Source of the DNA: Arthrobacter phage Lakshmi
Sequence record: OR159660.1
DNA length: 32,000 nt
Reading direction: 5' to 3' (one strand)
Numbering within the stretch: the stretch's first letter is position 1; every line of letters begins with the position of its first letter. The notes under the pieces are model-generated. The model was not told where the DNA came from, searched no databases, and saw nothing but the letters and a program-made list of their open reading frames with translations. Positions 18,606 to 26,672 of the stretch are shown piece after piece. Made by a program: the position numbers and the translations under genes.

Positions 18606-19118
18606 ATGCCTAAGCTCCCCAAGAAAGCCGCTGCCGCCGTCGAAACCGCCGAGGCAGTATCGGGCGACTTCCCGCTGCTCGACCCCGGCTACTACTACTG
18701 CCAGCTCCACAGCGTGGAGGTGCAGGACGGGAACTACGCTCCGCAGTGGAACGCGACCTTCGAGAACCTCCACAAGAAGGCCACCCTCGAAAAGGTCAGC
18801 GGTAAGCAGTTCCACCGCATGAACGTCGTCACCGAGGAGAAGGCTCCGGCCAACTACACCAACGGTGACAAGAAGTGGGCCGGGTTCCTCTCGATGTCCC
18901 AGGGCCAGCTCAAGGCGTTCTTCGAAGCCTTCGGTTACACGCCGGACTCGGACACGGACGAGATGATCGGCGAATGGGTCACCATCAAGGTCGGCATCGA
19001 GACCATCCAAGGTGGCGCACGCAAGGGTGAAAAGACCAACCGCGTGAAGGCACTGGAGGCCGTGCCGGACGACTTCGACTCCACCGAGCTGGAGCCGACG
19101 GGCGACGACACCTTCTAG
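18606..19118 (+). CDS. Putative ssDNA-binding protein (DUF669-like)
   Basis: 170 aa acidic-tailed protein (…ELEPTGDDTF) adjacent to the Sak4-like gene; pattern GYYYCQLHSVEVQDG…MIGEWVTIKVG. Inference from position and composition. Confidence 0.5.
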   Translation: MPKLPKKAAAAVETAEAVSGDFPLLDPGYYYCQLHSVEVQDGNYAPQWNATFENLHKKATLEKVSGKQFHRMNVVTEEKAPANYTNGDKKWAGFLSMSQGQLKAFFEAFGYTPDSDTDEMIGEWVTIKVGIETIQGGARKGEKTNRVKALEAVPDDFDSTELEPTGDDTF

Positions 19119-19137
19119 TCCAAGTCGATTTAACTGC

Positions 19138-19170
19138 GAGGCCCTCTGTCCACGTCGGGCAGGGGGCCTC
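19138..19170 (+). terminator. Intergenic hairpin (possible terminator)
   Basis: GAGGCCCtCTG…CAGggGGCCTC, GC stem between the ssDNA-binding and primase genes, no clear U-tract. Confidence 0.35.
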
Positions 19171-19188
19171 GTCCCTTAGGAGTTTCTA

Positions 19189-21819
19189 GTGGTAAAACTA
19201 TCAGAACGCATGTCGGCGGCTCTCGCTGAATACAAGCCCGAATCCATGCTGGATTCGGCACTCGCTCTGGCCCGGGAGGGCTGGAACGTGTTCCCTCTTC
19301 GACCCGGGACCAAGATCCCGCTGATCGCCAAGAAAGCCGGTGGCAAGGGTGCACTTGACGGCACAACTGATGAAGATCTTATCCGAGCTTGGTGGACCAA
19401 GTACCCGAATGCCGGAATTGGAGCCAATCTTGGCGACGACCGGTTGGCGATTGACCTCGATTTCAACCATGGTGCTACCAGACTGGGGGCCTTACCGGAT
19501 ACGCGTACGCACCACTCTGGACGCGGCAATGGGAACCTACATCTTATATACCGAGTTGAAGCCGGATCTGCTGGAGCTGCGGTCAAGTCAGGAACTCACG
19601 TATTTGGTCCAGGCATCGATATTAGAGCAGGTCGGGGATCTTATATTGTAATGCCTCCCACGCCACACGAAGAAACCGGGGAGCCTTACTACCTCGACGA
19701 CTTCCAGCGTGAAGAGCATACGCTCACTGACGACGAGTTGGCCCTGATCTATCAGGAGGCCGGAGTATCCCAGCCCGCGACCAGCCGTGGGGCACAGAAG
19801 GGCCTTTCAGTGGTGGCGGGGGCCAAGAGCCACAAGAGGCCTATGGAGTCCTCCGCGCATACCCTCGCGGGGCTTCTGGCGGACCCTCCCTCGGAGGGTG
19901 GTCGGAACGACTGGTTCACCCGGGTATGTGGGTTCATCGCCAAGAAGGCCTCCCGGTTCAACGACTACGAGATCGAGGTGCTCGGAGCGGCCAACCGCAT
20001 GCCTAACCCGCTGCCGGTGGAGGAGCTGCAGAAGACCCTGAACTCGGTCTGGGAGTCGGAACAGGCCAAGCCTGATAAAGTCCTGCACGAGGGTAACGGC
20101 TTCCTCACCGGGAACAAGGCACGGCTGTTCTGCCAGATCTCCTTCAAGGAGGGAGACGAGACGGTTTACGCGCAAGCCCCATACGCGGACTTCGACATCG
20201 AGGCCAGGGGTGTTGCGGTGGACGAGACCTCCCGTCGCCTGTACTGGGTCCGGATCTACTGGGGCGGCAAGTTCTACGACACCACCCTGCCGGGGGAGAC
20301 TCTGGGCAACGAGAACGGGTTCAAGACGTGGCTCGCAGCCCGGGGTATGAGTGTAGATCAACCTTTCATGGCCAGCCCCAAGACGCCACCCGCCACAAGA
20401 ATCCTGCGGTACCTGAACTCCCAGCACCCCCCCGAGGTCAAGATTGTGACGACGCTGGGCTACGATGAAGTCATGGACGGATTCGTGACCCATGAGGGCC
20501 TGATTACGGTGGACGGCAAGACCAGCAAGGAGGAGGCGCACATTGTGGCGGACCCCTCGTTGGTGGAGCGGGACATCGCCCCGTACTCCTACGGGATGGA
20601 GCGGGACCGGGCAGAAGCCCAGCGGGTGCTGCGGGAGATCCTGTCGTTCCAAGACGAGACGGCGACCTCGGTGTTTGGGGCTTGGTGGGCGGCTTGCTTC
20701 CTCAAACCCCAGATTCAGGACCGCACTGCACTGTTCCCGTTCTTCGGGGTGGAAGCGGCCTCGGAGTCCGGCAAGACCAATGGCTTCTTCGATCTGATGG
20801 TGGAGCTGAACGGCAACACCCGGGGCCAGATTGTCCCGACCCGGCCAGTGTTGAGGGACTACGCGTCGGCCAATAAGAATGGGATCGTCTGGGCGGACGA
20901 CTTGGACTCGCTGGAGGCGTATGGCGAGCTGCTCCGGGCGTCCACGTCCAATGGCACCGCGTCCAAGATGGAGGCGGACCGGAACGGCATCCGCAACACC
21001 AAGGTGGTCGCCCCTATTCTGGTGACAGGTGAGGCTTTAGGGTTCGGGACGCAGAAGGCGCTGATCGACCGGTCGGTGGTCCTGAATATCACCAGCCCCA
21101 AGGGTAGGCGCTCCAAGCACGACCCGGAGAAGCTGCAGTGGGAGGACGTACAGGACCTGAGGTCCCAGTATCCCAAGTCCCAGGGTGGGCTGTCGGTGCT
21201 GGCGGGCTGGTATGTCCAGCACGCGCTGCAGAATACGAAACCTGCCCTAAAGGCACTGAACGAGGCGGCTCGGGAGATCCCGGGACGACACGGGGACAAG
21301 CTGGCGGTCCTGAGGGCCGGGGCGCGGCTGCTGGATTCTCTCTTGGGGGACGTAGCGGCGTGGGACGGGCAGGGCGAGCACGCACGCCGGGTGGACGCGT
21401 GGGCGGGCGCTCACACCCAGACGCTGGATCAGGACAACACCTTGACGATGAAAATCCTCCCATGGGCGCTCCGGACGTTTGATTACCCGGAGAAGCCGGA
21501 GCGGATCACTGAGGGCAGGTTCCAGTCGCTGATTACGCCGGTCGTAATTAAAGGTGACCCTGAGTCACTGCAGCAGCCCGGGTTGGACGGCTCCGGGGGG
21601 GAGATTTATTACTCTCCGACGCTGTTGGCAGAGGCTTGGAAACGGGAGCAGGGCTGGAAGGTTGACGAGCGGACCGAGACGGTATCTGCGCTGAGTCAGC
21701 AATCCCAGGCTTTGGCTGCGGGGCACAAGGTGATGAAGGTCGGAGGTAGTACTCAGAGGTTCCGGAAGCTCCCGGCAGAGTACTTGACAACGGTGCTCCG
21801 GCGTGCTGAGGGGTCCTAG
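19189..21819 (+). CDS. Primase-polymerase (prim-pol N-terminal) with helicase-type ATPase domain
   Basis: N-term GWNVFPLRPGTKIPLI…LAIDLDFNHG…GIDIRAGRGSYIVMPP typical of bifunctional primase/polymerase. C-term FFGVEAASESGKTNGFFDLM Walker A-like and GIVWADDLDSL. Confidence 0.85.
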   Translation: MVKLSERMSAALAEYKPESMLDSALALAREGWNVFPLRPGTKIPLIAKKAGGKGALDGTTDEDLIRAWWTKYPNAGIGANLGDDRLAIDLDFNHGATRLGALPDTRTHHSGRGNGNLHLIYRVEAGSAGAAVKSGTHVFGPGIDIRAGRGSYIVMPPTPHEETGEPYYLDDFQREEHTLTDDELALIYQEAGVSQPATSRGAQKGLSVVAGAKSHKRPMESSAHTLAGLLADPPSEGGRNDWFTRVCGFIAKKASRFNDYEIEVLGAANRMPNPLPVEELQKTLNSVWESEQAKPDKVLHEGNGFLTGNKARLFCQISFKEGDETVYAQAPYADFDIEARGVAVDETSRRLYWVRIYWGGKFYDTTLPGETLGNENGFKTWLAARGMSVDQPFMASPKTPPATRILRYLNSQHPPEVKIVTTLGYDEVMDGFVTHEGLITVDGKTSKEEAHIVADPSLVERDIAPYSYGMERDRAEAQRVLREILSFQDETATSVFGAWWAACFLKPQIQDRTALFPFFGVEAASESGKTNGFFDLMVELNGNTRGQIVPTRPVLRDYASANKNGIVWADDLDSLEAYGELLRASTSNGTASKMEADRNGIRNTKVVAPILVTGEALGFGTQKALIDRSVVLNITSPKGRRSKHDPEKLQWEDVQDLRSQYPKSQGGLSVLAGWYVQHALQNTKPALKALNEAAREIPGRHGDKLAVLRAGARLLDSLLGDVAAWDGQGEHARRVDAWAGAHTQTLDQDNTLTMKILPWALRTFDYPEKPERITEGRFQSLITPVVIKGDPESLQQPGLDGSGGEIYYSPTLLAEAWKREQGWKVDERTETVSALSQQSQALAAGHKVMKVGGSTQRFRKLPAEYLTTVLRRAEGS

Positions 21820-22113
21820 TTACAGGCTAGAAGGCCCCACCTGTAAACCGCCTGTAACCTAGGTTTGGTTTAAGGAAGCCCGAAAGGACGGGATCTGGAG
21901 ATGACTGGTTACAGAGTTACAATAGTTACAATATAATTTCTTTTTTACGTACGTGTGGGAGAGGGGATCGGGTCTAGTCCGGTCTCCTCTCCTTTCTTAT
22001 GAGGGGGTAGGCCGGGAGCCTGTAACTCTGTAACCGATACCCCTTCTGCCGCGTCCTTCCGGGCCGGAGAGGGGATACAGGTACCCCGTAACCACCCCGT
22101 AACCGGGTGTAAC
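21819..22113. repeat. Cluster of about 11 GTTACAG / CTGTAAC / CCGTAAC iteron-like repeats
   Basis: Starts at 21819, 21840, 21851, 21907, 21916, 21925, 22019, 22028, 22086, 22097 and 22107; several spaced 9-11 bp. Confidence 0.7.
21909..21937 (+). promoter_or_regulatory. Candidate promoter TTACAG-N17-TATAAT embedded in repeats
   Basis: TATAAT at 21932-21937 in an AT-rich island. Confidence 0.4.
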
Positions 22114-22124
22114 TAGTACCCGGC

Positions 22125-22154
22125 TTGCACGGTAGGCAAACCTGCTGGTAGAGT
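22125..22154 (+). promoter_or_regulatory. Promoter of polymerase/purZ operon with inverted motif (TTGCAC-N18-TAGAGT)
   Basis: TTGCACGGTAGGCAA overlapping -35; preceded by CCGGGT-N9-ACCCGG at 22103-22123. Confidence 0.6.
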
Positions 22155-22196
22155 AGTCTCCGTACCACAACAACGATCTACAGGAGCCAACACGCA

Positions 22197-22430
22197 ATGA
22201 GTGAAGTGAAGATGGAAGCATTCCTCGGACCGCGCAAGCCGGAGACACTGGCTGTCGGGATGGGCGAGGACGGGGCTTCCGTAGCGGTCGTCCGGGCCTT
22301 CCACGACCGGGACGAGTGCGAGTGGGTCGGGGCCTACCAGACTACAGAGGATGCTGTACAGGCGATCCACGAGGCCGCAGGGGGGCCGAACACCTATGGG
22401 ATCGTCTGCTCGGTCCGGAAGGTAAACTAG
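22197..22430 (+). CDS. Small hypothetical protein
   Basis: 77 aa ORF, caggagcc RBS upstream, first gene after the promoter. Confidence 0.6.
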   Translation: MSEVKMEAFLGPRKPETLAVGMGEDGASVAVVRAFHDRDECEWVGAYQTTEDAVQAIHEAAGGPNTYGIVCSVRKVN

Positions 22431-24538
22431 TGGTAGTAATGCCGGAGCGGGTCCTTCCCTCGGACCTGCTCCACCTCATGAACAAGCATGAGATCTTCCC
22501 CACCAGCATCGTCGCGGTAGATACCGAAACCTCGGGTCTGCGGACGGACGAGGGGGCCAGGATCTCCACGGTTTCGGTTGCATGGGCTGACCCGAGCGGG
22601 GAGTGGGATTTCGTCCAGAACGAGCAGTGGCCCTCCGGGATCAGCACCTACCGGGAAGAGCCGATTTACGAGGGCTGGCCGGACTGCCCGGTAGTTTCGT
22701 TTGCTTGGCCGTTCGATCAGGGAGTGTCGGGCACCGGCAAGCCTGAGGACAACGGGCAGGAGACCCTCTGGCCGGACGCGGAGAACCTGCCGCTGGCCGA
22801 GTACATGGCCCTGCTGGAGTTCATCATGATTGCCGGTGAAGATCGCGGCCTGACGATGCAGAACATGAAGTTCGATCTGCACCAATTCCGCGCCGGAGTC
22901 CGTCGCTGGCCCGGGATCGGAGACGATTTCGTGGATCTGGTCAAGTGGGACACCCAGAACGGCAACGATCTGATCTATGGTTACCTGCCCTCGACCAGCC
23001 TGAAAGGCCCGGGTACGGCAACCGAGCACCTGTGGGGAGCGGCAGAGTCGGACGAGAAGCACGTGATCTCGGCCTACCTGACGAAGAAGAAACTCCCCAA
23101 GGGCCGCTGGGACCTGATGCCGTGGGACGTGATCGCGAAATACGCCGATCAGGACGCCCGACTGACTGTCCGCCTCGCGCTGCGGCAGGAGGACGACATC
23201 AAGAACGGCAAGGTTTCGTGGATGGACGGCAAGCAGGGCCGCATGACTGCGCAACAGGCGATGGATCGCCGCATGAACATGACCCGGCTGCTGTATGCGA
23301 TGGAGAAGCGGGGTCTGCCCTTCGACATCGAGGAGGCCCAGATCGCATCAGCGGAACTCAAGTTCCGTGCCAAGCAGTTCGCAAAGGATCTGCCGTTCAA
23401 GCCCGCAACACTGGACATGGCCAAGCACTACTGGTTCGGTACCGGCCTCAAACAGGGGGTGGTCGGACTGGAACAGCCTCCGGTGGCCACGACCGCAGGA
23501 GGGGCACCGTCCCTAACCGCACACGACCTCGGAAAGCTGATCCTACAGGACCTGCCCGGGGCTGCGGTCTGGCGCAACTTCGCCAAGTGCCAAGATGCGG
23601 ACTCTCGCTGGTACGAAGGCTGGGTGACCAAGGCCGGGTCTGATGGTCGGCTGCGGACCTCGGTCCGACAGAACGGCACCCGCTCGGGTCGGTTCAGCGT
23701 CGAGGGTATCCAGCTCCAAGCGATCCCACAGAACTACAAGCTGTCCGGCTATGAGGGCATGGACGACATTCCCTCACCCCGCGCTCTGATCGGGTCTGCG
23801 GTGGCGAAGATGCCGGACTGGGAGATGTGGGAGCTGGACTTGGCCAACGCCGAGTTGAGGGTGGCGGCTCTGTTCGCCGGGTGCCAGCGCATGCTGGACA
23901 TGATCGACAAGGGGATGGACCTCCACGGCGAAACCGCCAAGGAGCTGTTTGATGCGTCCGAGGACGACGAGAACTGGGACCAGCGCCGGTCAATCGCCAA
24001 GCGAGCAAACTTCTCACTGATTTTCGGGGTCGGCTGGGCAACCCTCCAGCAGAACATCGAAGTCAACACCGGTATCGTGCTCTCGGACCGGGAAGCACAG
24101 GTTCTGGTGAAGGACTGGAATGGCCTCTACCCGGAGTACAAGCGAGCGATCAACGTCCACATGGACCGGATCGCGACCCGGCAGAAGAGCAAGAAGGAGC
24201 TGGGCGGGTACCTGCAGATGTCCAACGGCGAGCGCCGCTGGTTCGCCTCACATGAGGACACCCACAAGGGGTTCAACCAGCGGGTGCAGCCCTCACTGGC
24301 ACAGTTCGGGATCGACTGGTGGACGCTGGCCGATGCCTACATCAGCAGCCAGCTCACGCCGGAGGAGCTGGAGCACGGCGGCACGGTGCTGCTGGTCCAT
24401 GACTCCATGGTGTTGCTGCTGCCCAAGGACCTAGCCGAGAGGATCATCGAAGAGGTGATCCGGATCGGGGTCGAGCTGTGGTCCCGGACGTTCGTGGGAG
24501 TCCCGGGTGGCGTGGACGCCAAGCCCTGGAACAAGTAG
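22430..24538 (+). CDS. PolA-family DNA polymerase with 3'-5' exonuclease (DpoZ-like by context)
   Basis: Exo motifs VAVDTETSG, QNMKFDLHQF, YADQDARL; pol motif A WELDLANAELRVAALF, motif B RRSIAKRANFSLIFGVG, motif C LLVHDSM. GTG 22430 overlaps the previous stop; ATG 22439 is an alternative. Confidence 0.92.
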   Translation: MVVMPERVLPSDLLHLMNKHEIFPTSIVAVDTETSGLRTDEGARISTVSVAWADPSGEWDFVQNEQWPSGISTYREEPIYEGWPDCPVVSFAWPFDQGVSGTGKPEDNGQETLWPDAENLPLAEYMALLEFIMIAGEDRGLTMQNMKFDLHQFRAGVRRWPGIGDDFVDLVKWDTQNGNDLIYGYLPSTSLKGPGTATEHLWGAAESDEKHVISAYLTKKKLPKGRWDLMPWDVIAKYADQDARLTVRLALRQEDDIKNGKVSWMDGKQGRMTAQQAMDRRMNMTRLLYAMEKRGLPFDIEEAQIASAELKFRAKQFAKDLPFKPATLDMAKHYWFGTGLKQGVVGLEQPPVATTAGGAPSLTAHDLGKLILQDLPGAAVWRNFAKCQDADSRWYEGWVTKAGSDGRLRTSVRQNGTRSGRFSVEGIQLQAIPQNYKLSGYEGMDDIPSPRALIGSAVAKMPDWEMWELDLANAELRVAALFAGCQRMLDMIDKGMDLHGETAKELFDASEDDENWDQRRSIAKRANFSLIFGVGWATLQQNIEVNTGIVLSDREAQVLVKDWNGLYPEYKRAINVHMDRIATRQKSKKELGGYLQMSNGERRWFASHEDTHKGFNQRVQPSLAQFGIDWWTLADAYISSQLTPEELEHGGTVLLVHDSMVLLLPKDLAERIIEEVIRIGVELWSRTFVGVPGGVDAKPWNK

Positions 24539-24563
24539 ACTTACCTAGTATCGAATAGATTTC

Positions 24564-24579
24564 TGTTTCACGTGAAACA
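24564..24579. promoter_or_regulatory. Perfect ParB parS site
   Basis: TGTTTCACGTGAAACA, 16-bp perfect palindrome identical to the canonical bacterial parS sequence. Confidence 0.85.
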
Positions 24580-24603
24580 GATAACCCAACAGAAGGATAT
24601 AAA

Positions 24604-25737
24604 TTGAGCAACGTTATGGTAGTAGTCGGCGGACAGTACGGTTCCGAGGCCAAGGGACACATCACCGCACAGCTCGTAAAGCAAGCGGTGCAGGTGGGTC
24701 GTCACGTGGTCAACGTCCGGGTAGCTGGCCCCAATGCCGGTCACACCGCCTACGACGACGAGGGAGTGAAGTTCGCATTCCGGCAGGTCCCGGTCGGTGC
24801 CGTGATCGAACCGATCGTATCGGTGATCGCCGCAGGTTCCGAGATCGATCTTCCGGTGCTGGTCGAGGAGATCCACTTGGCACAGGACAACGGACACATC
24901 ATCCAGCTCCTGATCGACGAGAACGCAACTCTGATCGAGTACCACCACAAGATGCAGGAGTCCGAGGGCAAGATGGTCGAGAACATCGGCTCCACGGCCA
25001 AGGGCATCGGCGCTGCCCGTGCCGACCGGATCTGGCGCAGGGCACGCCGCCTCCGCGACTCCGAAGCCGCACTGGAGCTGCTGCGCCAGATTTCAGGGGT
25101 CCACGTGATCGATACGGTGAAGTACCTGCACGGACAGGCCACGCAGCCCAACGTCAATATCATCATCGAGGGAACCCAGGGCTACGGTCTGGGAGTCCAC
25201 ACGGACGCCTACCCGCAGACCACCAGCTCCGACTGCCGCGCCATTGACTTCTTGGCCATGGCCGGGATCAGCCCGTGGCACCCGGGGATCGAGGCCACCC
25301 AAGTTATCATCGCTTGCCGGGTGTTCCCGATCCGGGTAGCGGGCAACTCCGGCCCGATGAAGGGTGAGACCTCGTGGGAGCAGTTGAACCTGCCGGAGGA
25401 GCGCACCACGGTTACCCAGAAGGTACGCCGGGTTGGTGCTTGGGACGGCGAGTTGGTGAAGGCCGCTTTCGAGGCCAACGGCGGGGTCGCGATTGACCAC
25501 GACGACATGGAAGGCCAGTTGATGCAGCTCGTGTCCGGGGGACCGAAGGTGATGGTTGGTCTGACCATGCTGGATCAGGTGATTCCGGAGATCGAGGGTC
25601 TGACGACGTTTGATGATCTGGACGAGCCGACGCTCTCCAAGGTCGAAGAGTGGATCAACAAGATCTACGACGAGACCGGCGCTCAGGTCGCGATGATCAC
25701 GACCTCCCCCAAGACCGCTGTACTGTTGGGAGCCTGA
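24604..25737 (+). CDS. purZ: PurZ-like 2-aminoadenylosuccinate synthetase (TTG start)
   Basis: Adenylosuccinate synthetase family (VVVGGQYGSEAKGHITAQL, VRVAGPNAGHTAY, EGTQGYGLGVHTDAYPQTTSSDC) with Ser replacing the catalytic Asp of the GDEGKG motif; short (377 aa) and next to polA and a dNTP diphosphohydrolase-like gene. Confidence 0.9.
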   Translation: MSNVMVVVGGQYGSEAKGHITAQLVKQAVQVGRHVVNVRVAGPNAGHTAYDDEGVKFAFRQVPVGAVIEPIVSVIAAGSEIDLPVLVEEIHLAQDNGHIIQLLIDENATLIEYHHKMQESEGKMVENIGSTAKGIGAARADRIWRRARRLRDSEAALELLRQISGVHVIDTVKYLHGQATQPNVNIIIEGTQGYGLGVHTDAYPQTTSSDCRAIDFLAMAGISPWHPGIEATQVIIACRVFPIRVAGNSGPMKGETSWEQLNLPEERTTVTQKVRRVGAWDGELVKAAFEANGGVAIDHDDMEGQLMQLVSGGPKVMVGLTMLDQVIPEIEGLTTFDDLDEPTLSKVEEWINKIYDETGAQVAMITTSPKTAVLLGA

Positions 25738-25740
25738 GCC

Positions 25741-26451
25741 ATGGCTTCAAACGGACACGCACTGAATTGCTCCAGCCTGATCCGTGGGGAAGATCGTCCC
25801 TGTTCATGCGGCAAGGCTGGCAAGCCGTCGATTCCGGTGGAGTATGTGATCCAGCACGCGAACGGTTGCGATAGTCTGAGGTATATTGACGGCGGACACC
25901 CTAGCCCCTGCTCCTGTGGGGCCGAGGAACACGAACGGCGAGCGCTGGACCTGAACAGCAGGCCCAGCCCTTGGGCCGTTCCGGTGGAGCAGGAAGGTGA
26001 GCTGGAGGAGACCGAGGGTGGGTTGTCCGGCCTGTTCAAGCTCCACGGGATTGAGCTGAGTGAGCAGGAGCGCACCAACCTGCAAGCCAACATCGATCGA
26101 GGCAAGATCCTGTCGATGTCCAAATCGGAGGTCCGCTCGGTCTCCGAGACCGGAGCCGAGAAAGGCGTCAAGGAAGCTAGGTTCAGCTTGATACCCGTAG
26201 GTCCACTCGAACAGGTCGCTATCCACTTCGGTCGTGGAGCGCAGAAGTACGAAGTCCACAACTGGCGCAAGGGCTACGAACTGAGCAAGAGCTACGACGC
26301 GCTCCAGCGTCACGCCAACGCTTGGTGGGCCGGGGAGAACCTCGACCCGGAGCTGGGCACCTCCCATCTGGCGGCTGTGGCGTTCCATGCCTTGGCCATG
26401 ATGGAGCTGATGGAGACCCACCCCGAGATGGATGATAGGTTCATCCTCTGA
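25741..26451 (+). CDS. dATP/dGTP diphosphohydrolase-like (MazZ-type) C-terminal domain with N-terminal duplicated Cys/His module
   Basis: GVKEARFSLIPVGPLEQVAIHFGRGAQKYEVHNWRKGYELSKSYDALQRHANAWWAGENLDPELGTSHLAAVAFHALAMMEL is an all-alpha NTP diphosphohydrolase pattern; synteny with purZ. Confidence 0.75.
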   Translation: MASNGHALNCSSLIRGEDRPCSCGKAGKPSIPVEYVIQHANGCDSLRYIDGGHPSPCSCGAEEHERRALDLNSRPSPWAVPVEQEGELEETEGGLSGLFKLHGIELSEQERTNLQANIDRGKILSMSKSEVRSVSETGAEKGVKEARFSLIPVGPLEQVAIHFGRGAQKYEVHNWRKGYELSKSYDALQRHANAWWAGENLDPELGTSHLAAVAFHALAMMELMETHPEMDDRFIL

Positions 26452-26672
26452 TGGGACGGCCCAGCAAGGCGGCACAGGCCGCGTACATCAAGCGAATCGA
26501 CGCGCTCAAGAACCGACTGCTCGACCTCTGCGCCGAGGAGGAGCGCGGCCTCAGTGTGGACTCGGAGTTCCAGCGGGTCCGGCGCTACCACCACGAGGAC
26601 GAAATCCCGATGATCGAGGCGTACGAACGCGTGATCGACGAAATTACCACGAAAGGACCGGTCAAGCTGTGA
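26451..26672 (+). CDS. Small hypothetical protein
   Basis: 73 aa ORF with ATG overlapping the upstream stop and TGA overlapping the downstream GTG. Confidence 0.55.
   Translation: MGRPSKAAQAAYIKRIDALKNRLLDLCAEEERGLSVDSEFQRVRRYHHEDEIPMIEAYERVIDEITTKGPVKL

Noticed and set aside
22316-22429. N-terminal extension of the polymerase ORF
   Set aside because: Overlaps most of the 3' half of the 22197-22430 gene; GTG 22430 or ATG 22439 gives natural coupling and starts before the Exo I motif.
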